Part shown: positions 57,147 to 64,000 of the stretch, piece after piece
Position numbering within the stretch: the first letter of the stretch is position 1
Layout of the letters: the number at the start of each line of letters is the position of its first letter
Source: Eledone cirrhosa
Lineage: Eukaryota
Direction: 5' to 3'
NCBI GenBank assembly: GCA_964016885.1
Contig: OZ024742.1
Span: forward strand, 323,454,001-323,518,000
DNA length: 64,000 bases
Notes under the pieces: generated by a model
Database searches by the model: none
Told to the model about the DNA's origin: nothing
What the model saw: the letters and a program-made list of their open reading frames with translations, nothing else
Translations under genes and position numbers: made by a program

Positions 57147-60100
57147 TTTCTTACATAGGTGCAAGGCCAACAATTTTAAGGGCGGGAAAAAAAAAATCGA
57201 TTAAATTGACCTTAACGCTTTACTAGTACTTTACTTTTCATCCTTATAGAGTCGATAAAATAAAGCTAAGCTCAGCGGGATTTAAACTCAGAACGTAAAG
57301 AAGAATAACTATATGCTGCAAAGCATATCTGGTGCTCTACTCATACTGCCAATCCACCGATCTACTATAATAATATTTTCTTTGGACTAGGCGCAGGGGC
57401 AATTTTTGAAGAAATGAGATAGACTGAACCGAAGCAATATATTACTGGCACTAATTTTATTTACTCCAGAGGGTTAATTTAAAACTCATAATCTAATATT
57501 CAGAGCAGTCATTCAATTACTTAAGAAATAAGTATAAATTGTAGAATATTCAAAGGAAATTTTAAAAACAAGTGCAAGGAAGTTAACAAGCCATCATCTT
57601 TATCAAAAGCACCGGTCAATATAACTGAAAAAGAGAGAGGTTGAGGTCTATACTAAAACGAACATTTAATCATCATTTTTCTGTTGAGGTTTCCATGCTG
57701 GCATGGAATGGATGGGACCTTTTAAGGCACCTTTTTGTGGCTTCTTATGACATTCAGGGATATGGTGCATCTATTCTCATCCAAATAGACATGGTTAATA
57801 CACATGCATAGTTCATGCTAGATGGAGAAGAGCATTAAGATTGTGGCTATAAGAGGAAGATGTGGTCAAAGGTAAATCTGTTGTGAAGTGATTATAGGAA
57901 ACACTATACAGTTAAGTTTCTCACATGAAAAGTGGTATACAATTAAGAAGCATGGATAACTTTTGTATTTAAACTCAACAAATCCACAATAGCATGAGAA
58001 AGTTGACATTAAATAAATGACAGAGACAAACCAGTAAGAGAGGCTCTACATGATTATTCAACCTGCTGAAATTTGCAGTCAAAATGACTCTTGAAACACA
58101 CTCGTATCAAGGAAGGACACATTAAATAATCTAGCTTTACATGCACAACACAAGAAAAATAAAAAAAAGACAATAGTTACAGCAGATAATGTGGCTTATA
58201 AAAGAATTAATTCTTCATGAAATAGTTAACTCACCATCAAGGCTTCAAGACTATCTATTTGAGATTCGATGCTTCGATTGTAATTTTTTATTAGAGGCAA
58301 CAACTTTATGAGATTCTACAAAAATATAAAAATATTACAATAACTTTGGTAAGAGAAAAACTAAAATATTAACAATCAAGTATGTATAACAATTCAGTAT
58401 GTATAACAATTCAGTATGTAAATACACATGCAAGATGGAAAAGCAAACATCATGATAATGATGTGTACATTTAAACAAGATGAAATTAAAAAAAAATATA
58501 ACTTTCTGTGGGATTTTCTAGTATATCTAACTAGGCTTGAATATGGATTAGTATAGCATATATGGATTATAAATGAGATTGGTATTAGGAAGGGCAAGGC
58601 CAATTTTGGCCAGACTTGTCTCTGATGTGGACGACCCACCTTACCCATGCTAGCATGGAAAAATGGATGCTAAACAGTGATGATGATGATGGTAACTAAT
58701 TGAATTGTTCCTTCACTACTTAGTTGGTCAATTTGATATCTAATATTCAAGTCAATTACTGTACCTCTTTTATAATTAGCTGGTTAGCTCTTAATGTCCT
58801 GTACCACATGAAACCAAATTAACAAAACATTCTTGAAAATTACAAAACACTACTATGACTACATTACATGAAACATAGTTTTTGCTTTAATTTATTGTAA
58901 ATTTTCAGAACAATCTGTTCACTAGCAAAGTTACTATAAATATTTGAATTCATAAACTTTTTGTTATATATTTTCTGCTGAATCAATACAGGATGTTAAG
59001 AGTTAAAAAAAAGAGGAGCAAACCCTATTAAGTCAGTAGGCCTTCTCTGACTAGTGAGATTCAGTTGAGTATTTGTACAATGATATCTGCAGGAAAATGT
59101 AGATATGGGTAGAAATCATGGGCTTGTTGAGACATGGGAGCAGATCCTCAGTAGGAGTAATTCAATGAAGAGAGAGAGGTGTTGACTAAGGTCTGATATA
59201 ATAGGCATAAAGTTAGTTCAAAAGCAGTAGAAGTCATTGTAGATGAGGTAGAGAACATAAACAGCATGTCTTTGAGATAGTTTCCTACCATCAATGAGCC
59301 TTATTGGCTTACAATTAAGACCATGAAGTTTAATGCTTCTTCCAGTCACACCTATAAGCTAAATGCATTTTTTCACTCAGTTATAACTATTTATAGCTAT
59401 GATTGTTTCATGAAGAATTATGTGTCCTGACCAAAGGCACATGGATACTATCAAGTATTTGTCTGATATCCTTTTCGATCAGATACATATAGCTTTTGTT
59501 TGATAGCTAAAAGGTTAATTAATTTATAACTAATTAATTTTTCTATGACCAACGTTTTAAATGCCAGTAGAGGAAAATTCCGAATGGAAGCAAAAATATT
59601 GGCAAAACTAACTTCTTTCGTGTACACACAGACTACTTACAGTCTTAATGGCAGCCAGTATCTGGTTGGCACTGGCATTGTTGAGTGATGTCACTGGCAT
59701 TTCAATGATTGACCTCATGACAGCTTGGTTCAGTTCTTTAATGGCAATATTGTAGGAATGTCTGCAAAAAAAAAAAAAAAAAATAGAAATGAAAATAAAA
59801 CAAAGCCTGTGTTTAAAAAGGATTCTGTCAGGGCAAACACATAACAGGGTCCTGTAGATCTCTCTCTCTCTCCCTCTTTAATCCTAACACAAGTCACGTT
59901 GGAAGGATGTTGTTGGTGTATATCAAGCAAACTCATGGGTATTTGGACAAATGACTAGGTAGGATCCACATATTTGTTTCAGATACATCAGACCTCTATT
60001 TAGCTGAAGTCCATACTATACACTACATGTAGTGATTATTTGTATGGAGGCAGTGTGGCTGAGCATTAAACATTCTCTTGCATTGGTGCCATGATCAAAT

Positions 60101-60531
60101 ACATCCAATACACTCTGTAAAGTGTTAGTACTAGTGTCATGATAAAGTCCACCTAATAGACCCTGTAAAGTAGTAGTACTAGTGCTACAATGAAGTACAC
60201 CCAATACATTCTGTAAAATGTTAGTACTAGTACATGATAAAGTACACCCAATACACCTTGTACTGTGGTAGTGCTTTTACCTTGATAAAGTGCACATAGG
60301 CAATAACAAATAGGGAGAATTCTCCAGTCTGGCTAACAACCTTTCTAAAGTTGTGCCACAACAAAATACATCAAATATACCCTGTAATGTGGCAGTGCAT
60401 GTGCCATGATAAAATGCACCCAGTACACTGTAAGGTTGAGCAAGATGAGGTTTCTTCAACCTGTCAAGTCTCAGACTATGACAACCTGTCCAACCTATGC
60501 CAGCATAGGATGTCATAAAATGATGATGCTG

Positions 60532-60563
<32 letters not shown>

Positions 60564-62952
60564 CAGCATCATCATTTTATGACATCCACACACATACACA
60601 CACAGTACTCAATCAAATCAACAAGAGAAAACACACACAAAAAAAAAAGGTAAACTTACTTCAAAGAATTTATTTCCAGAATCAGGTTATCAGGTCTAAC
60701 GTTTTCTTCCTCAGCTCTCAACATTGTATCTCTAAGTTCAGTGTAAAACACTACAAGAAAGATGAAATATCATTATCATCACCATCAATATTTACCACTA
60801 TATATCATATCTATACATAACAGTAGTAATACTTTCCATTTGATGTCATTTGCATGTGTGTGTGCGTGTGCGTGCAATGATGATGATTAAAAAAAGCCCC
60901 CAAAACAAAAGCACACTTCCTTTTCATCTGTCATCATCATCATCATCATTATTATTTAACGTCTATCTTCCACGCTAGCATGGGTTATACGTCTGTCTCA
61001 AATATCGAAAAAGTTTTTTCAGTGTAAAATACAAGAAAGATGAAATATTATCACCACCATATATAACAGTAGTAATATCTGATGCTGTGTGTGTGTGTGA
61101 TATGATAACGATAAAAACAAAACAGAAGCACATTTCCTTTTCATCTGTGTCTCTTAATCCTTTAGCATTTACATTACTCTATATTTCTATTTTTTTTTCA
61201 CAGTAAAAACTTTATCTCGCATGGAAAATAGATGTTAAAAGTGATGATGATACTGATAAAATAATTTAATCATCCAAATAAGTAAACTTACATTGTACCC
61301 AGGAAACTACATTATCTCATACACTCAAAATAATTGTTTCTATTTTTGGCACAAGGCCAGAAATTATCTCAGTGCATTACTGGTACTTTATTCTATCAAC
61401 TCCGTAGGGATGAAAGGCAAAGTTAACCTCGGCAGGATTTGAACTCAGACCGTAAAGGGACGTAACTATGCTGCAAAGCATGGAAACTACATTATTTCAT
61501 ACACTCAAAATAATTGTTTCTACTTTTTGGCACAAGGCCAGCAATTACCCAGTACATTACTGGTACTTTATTTTATCGACCCCGTAAGGATGAAAGGCAA
61601 AGTTAACCTCGGCGGGATTTGAACTCAGACCGTAAAGGGACGTAACTATGCTGGAAAGCATGGCGTCCGACCCTCTACCGATACTGCCAATTCACCGCCC
61701 AAAATAATGATTTCTAATTTAGGCGCAATGCCAGTAATTTAAGGGGAGGGGAAACTTGCTTAAATCGATCCCAGAATTTGACTGGTATTTTATTTATCGA
61801 CCGCAGAAGAATGAAAGGTAAAGTTAATCTCAGTGGGATTTTAACTCATAACATTAAGAGTTTGAACAAATACTGCAAATTATTTTATCCAATACTCTAA
61901 TGTTTCTGCCAATCTACCACCCTCAATACACACAAAATAACAATAATTTCTAACATAAGCACAAGGTCACAAACAATAATAGAGTATAATTAAAACAATA
62001 ATAATAATAATACACACGTTTGAAATCATCAACAGGGGGTTCATTAAAGTCCGACATACGGTCATCACTAAGGCTGCTGACAGAACTACAAGAATCAACA
62101 TCTTTGTGAAGGTTTGGGATTTTAGTACCCCAAATATCACGGGTTAGTTTTTCCTCTTCATCATCACTATCATCTTCTTCATCGTCATCCTCGTATTTGA
62201 ATGCTTTGCTTTCAGATCCGTATGCAGGGTCTGTAAAAATGTGAAATGAATCATTCATATATATGTATGCGCTGGGCTGTGAGTTTCATTTGTACTTAAG
62301 GATGTAAGTTTCATTTGCACTTAAAGAACTTCATAGTTCTATTTCACTCAGCTGAAATTAAGTACCAATAGCAGCTGGGTGTTAGCCCTGTGATAGACTG
62401 GCACCCTGTCCAGAACGGTGTTTTGTATTCTGAGTCACTTAACACCTCATAAAACCAGGTTAAGCTCTGATCTTTGTCTAACCCATGCAAGCATGGAAGA
62501 ATGGACATAATTTTTTTTTTGTCTCTTTGTTAGTGTTTAAAGTAGTGAGCTGTTTCTTACCCTCCAATACATACTTATAGCTAGATGAACAAGGTCACTT
62601 TGAAAGCTAAGAGCCTTGACCACATTACAATGCCAGTGACATTACAAAACAGTAATAGCCTTTAGGTTGATTGTTTAGTAACTTATCCATTTAGCCATCA
62701 ATGCCCTATCTACTTGTGAAACAATAAGTAAACCATCATAGAATTTAATTGCTGGTTTATAATATAGAGAAAAACACCGCAACAGCTCTGATTTCTTTTC
62801 GTTTTAGTTTAAAGTGAACCTTTATACTTACCGCTCTTTATAGTTTTTTCCTCCTGTGCCTCATCATCATCAAAGCCAGAAGATAACGGCTGAGACATTA
62901 GTCGGATACTGGGTCCAGCAGTTATAGATTTCTTAAGATCTCCAAGTTTTAC
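49738..62952 (-). CDS. EIF2B5: Translation initiation factor eIF2B epsilon, 3' part (acidic linker + W2/HEAT catalytic domain); 5' exons lie outside the window
   Basis: Exons 62832-62952, 62018-62230, 60660-60750, 59641-59761, 58235-58315, 50458-50613, 49738-49791; DDFKLFYTELRDTMLRAEEENVRPDNLILEINSLKHSYNI...ILYDDDVLDETAIIQW...YINWLEQAEEEDSE* matches the eIF2B-epsilon C-terminus. Confidence 0.93.
50040..50420 (+). mobile_element. RTE endonuclease fragment in EIF2B5 intron
   Basis: NFNGHVGKHHDGF..RNEE..VLEFCD..NFRKP..ITYQSGG, homologous to 42520-42720. Confidence 0.8.
50458..50613 (-). CDS. EIF2B5: EIF2B5 exon
   Basis: ttttag|ESAVQNSQIANIFPNILSILYDDDVLDETAIIQWHKKEP...WKR|gtgag. Confidence 0.9.
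51048..51253 (-). mobile_element. Meta-like SINE with (ATT)n tail
   Basis: Same family as 32180-32362; tail 51048-51070. Confidence 0.88.
51532..54906 (-). pseudogene. Tx1-like ORF2 (endonuclease/reverse transcriptase), about four frameshifts
   Basis: Split across ORFs 53608-54906, 53207-53833, 53149-53343, 51843-53192, 51532-51879. Confidence 0.9.
54941..56905 (-). pseudogene. Tx1-like ORF1 (gag-like, zinc knuckle, P/T-rich), two apparent frameshifts
   Basis: Three overlapping ORFs upstream of ORF2; CX2CX4HX4C at ~55840-55880. Confidence 0.8.
57112..57360 (-). mobile_element. Meta-like SINE whose (ATT)n tail abuts the Tx1 5' end
   Basis: Head tggcagtatgag..gagtttaaatcc; end ggccttgcacctatgtaagaaatc(att)n. 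Confidence 0.75.
58235..58315 (-). CDS. EIF2B5: EIF2B5 exon
   Basis: ttgtag|NLIKLLPLIKNYNRSIESQIDSLEALM|gtgagt. Confidence 0.9.
58784..59006. mobile_element. piggyBac-type MITE family C
   Basis: ttag-CTCTTAATGTCC ... GGATGTTAAGAG-TTAA; relatives at 7590-8180, ~19540-19643, 30079. Confidence 0.7.
59641..59761 (-). CDS. EIF2B5: EIF2B5 exon
   Basis: ttgcag|..HSYNIAIKELNQAVMRSIIEMP...AAIKT|gtaagt. Confidence 0.9.
60085..60435 (+). repeat. Degenerate ~47-bp minisatellite derived from RTE 3' UTR
   Basis: Units gtgccatgataaa..cacccaatacactctgtaaagtg resemble 45087-45170; followed by RTE-type end and (ATG)n. Confidence 0.7.
60660..60750 (-). CDS. EIF2B5: EIF2B5 exon
   Basis: ttgtag|..FYTELRDTMLRAEEENVRPDNLILEINSL..|gtaagt. 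Confidence 0.92.
61330..61922 (-). mobile_element. Three tandem Meta-like SINE copies
   Basis: Copies ~61330-61483 (duplicated together with flank ggaaactacattat..tacactcaaaa), 61510-61700 (intact head), 61705-61922 (older). Confidence 0.88.
62018..62230 (-). CDS. EIF2B5: EIF2B5 exon (acidic linker)
   Basis: ttacag|..PAYGSESKAFKYEDDDEEDD...PPVDDFK..|gtgtgt. Confidence 0.88.
62832..62952 (-). CDS. EIF2B5: EIF2B5 exon
   Basis: ttccag|VKLGDLKKSITAGPSIRLMSQPLSSGFDDDEAQEEKTIKS..|gtaagt; phase fits next exon. Confidence 0.8.
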
Positions 62953-63279
62953 CTGGAAAAGTAAGACAACTTATTGTTCACTTTCCAGGAAGCAATCTCA
63001 AATGTATTACTACCACATTTTAAAATATATTTTGTTTTATTTACTAACAAAAAGAAAAAGAAAGAGGGAAAAAATTTAAATAACGAAAGTAAGGAAAAGG
63101 TTTAGGGAAGGGAGAAAGGCAATGTTTAAATAAAAGAGGAAAAAAAAACTGTGGAAACTGAAGAAGGAACACCAAACAGCACTAAAAAAAAAAAAGAAAA
63201 AACCAAACAAATCCTCGTTCAACAGTATAGAAAATGTAAAGGAAGGGGTGAACAACCAAGCCAACACCAGAGCAAAAGA

Positions 63280-64000
63280 CAGCAGCGAGGGGTACTGGGA
63301 GACTTCTCTAATGACTTTTGAGGTAAGCCAGCACACTCACAGCATTGCCTCGGGTGATGGCGAGGCTAATGCGCTGGAACAGCCAAGCGCCCTCGCAAGA
63401 TTCGCCAGTTACCCCTATTACCTCTATTAGATTCGCCAATTACCTCTATTAGGCGAGCTACCTCGCAGTCAGCAGCCCGACTTCCCCAAACGTCTTGAAA
63501 GCCACAGGCTGAAAAGGGTAGCTGGCCGACAGATCAGAGTATTTGAGGGTCTTACTCCGCTCGGCTGCAGAAGCTGTGGCTCTTGTTCTAACCGCAGCAT
63601 CCAGGATGTGAGAGAAAGTAAAAAGTGTCAGAAACAGTGGCGTCCCAGACAAGGCACCTGCCTCTCAACCAGGGGCACAGGGTAAGGCCGTCAGGTCTTT
63701 TGCCGTCACTTCTGGACAACCCAGATGGTTCCAAGACTGAGGGGATGTTCGCCCAGGCCAAAGCTCTCTTGAGGATGAGGTTTAGCTCCGTGTGACATGC
63801 GAAGCAGCCAGCATTCAGGCGGCAAGAAAGACCATGGAGGCCTTGGGAGTCAAGGAGTTTGCTGCATCGGCACTTTAAACCCATGCAGACGTCAGCTCCT
63901 ACTCTGAGGGCAATAGAGACACGAAGTTCGTCCAGGTTGAGTAGGCCACCGACGTTGACCACAGGTAGGGCATCAACCCAGTCACCTGAGTATTTGGCGC
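63280..64000 (-). mobile_element. CRE-like non-LTR retrotransposon 3' part (CCHC + restriction-like endonuclease), runs off window
   Basis: CRC..GLHGLSC..HTELN..LEPSGL.RSDGKRPDGLTLCPWLRGRCLVWDATVSDTF; KTLKY..FQPVAFKTFG. Confidence 0.82.

Noticed and set aside
61600-61700. tRNA gene on minus strand
   Set aside because: SINE head with expanded A-B box spacing, multiple dispersed copies in the window

Overview
AT-rich, intron-containing eukaryotic DNA; the repeat content (huge (TA)n tracts, tRNA-derived SINEs, RTE/CR1/Tx1/CRE LINEs, piggyBac MITEs) suggests a cephalopod such as Octopus (inference). Three spliced genes were assembled by hand from GT-AG boundaries with consistent phases: (1) a complete MOSPD1-like gene on + (6 coding exons, 2621-11172); (2) a convergent, apparently lineage-specific 14-exon gene on - (38847-12673, 1288 aa) with a very long disordered N-terminus, a 10-aa SPxK/R tandem repeat and two divergent C-terminal RRM-like domains (nucleolin-like layout); (3) the last 7 exons of EIF2B5 on - (62952-49738). 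The rest is mobile DNA: a full-length Tx1/L1-type LINE sitting in the (ATT)n tail of a SINE and sharing that SINE's 3' motif, RTE LINEs with a C4HC3 PHD-type finger inside the RT region, CR1 and CRE-like fragments, three piggyBac relics with three MITE families (nested), two Helitrons, a solo LTR, a 559-bp palindromic MITE, and Penelope-like hairpins with hammerhead-like cores. All coordinates were read by eye; no database searches were run.
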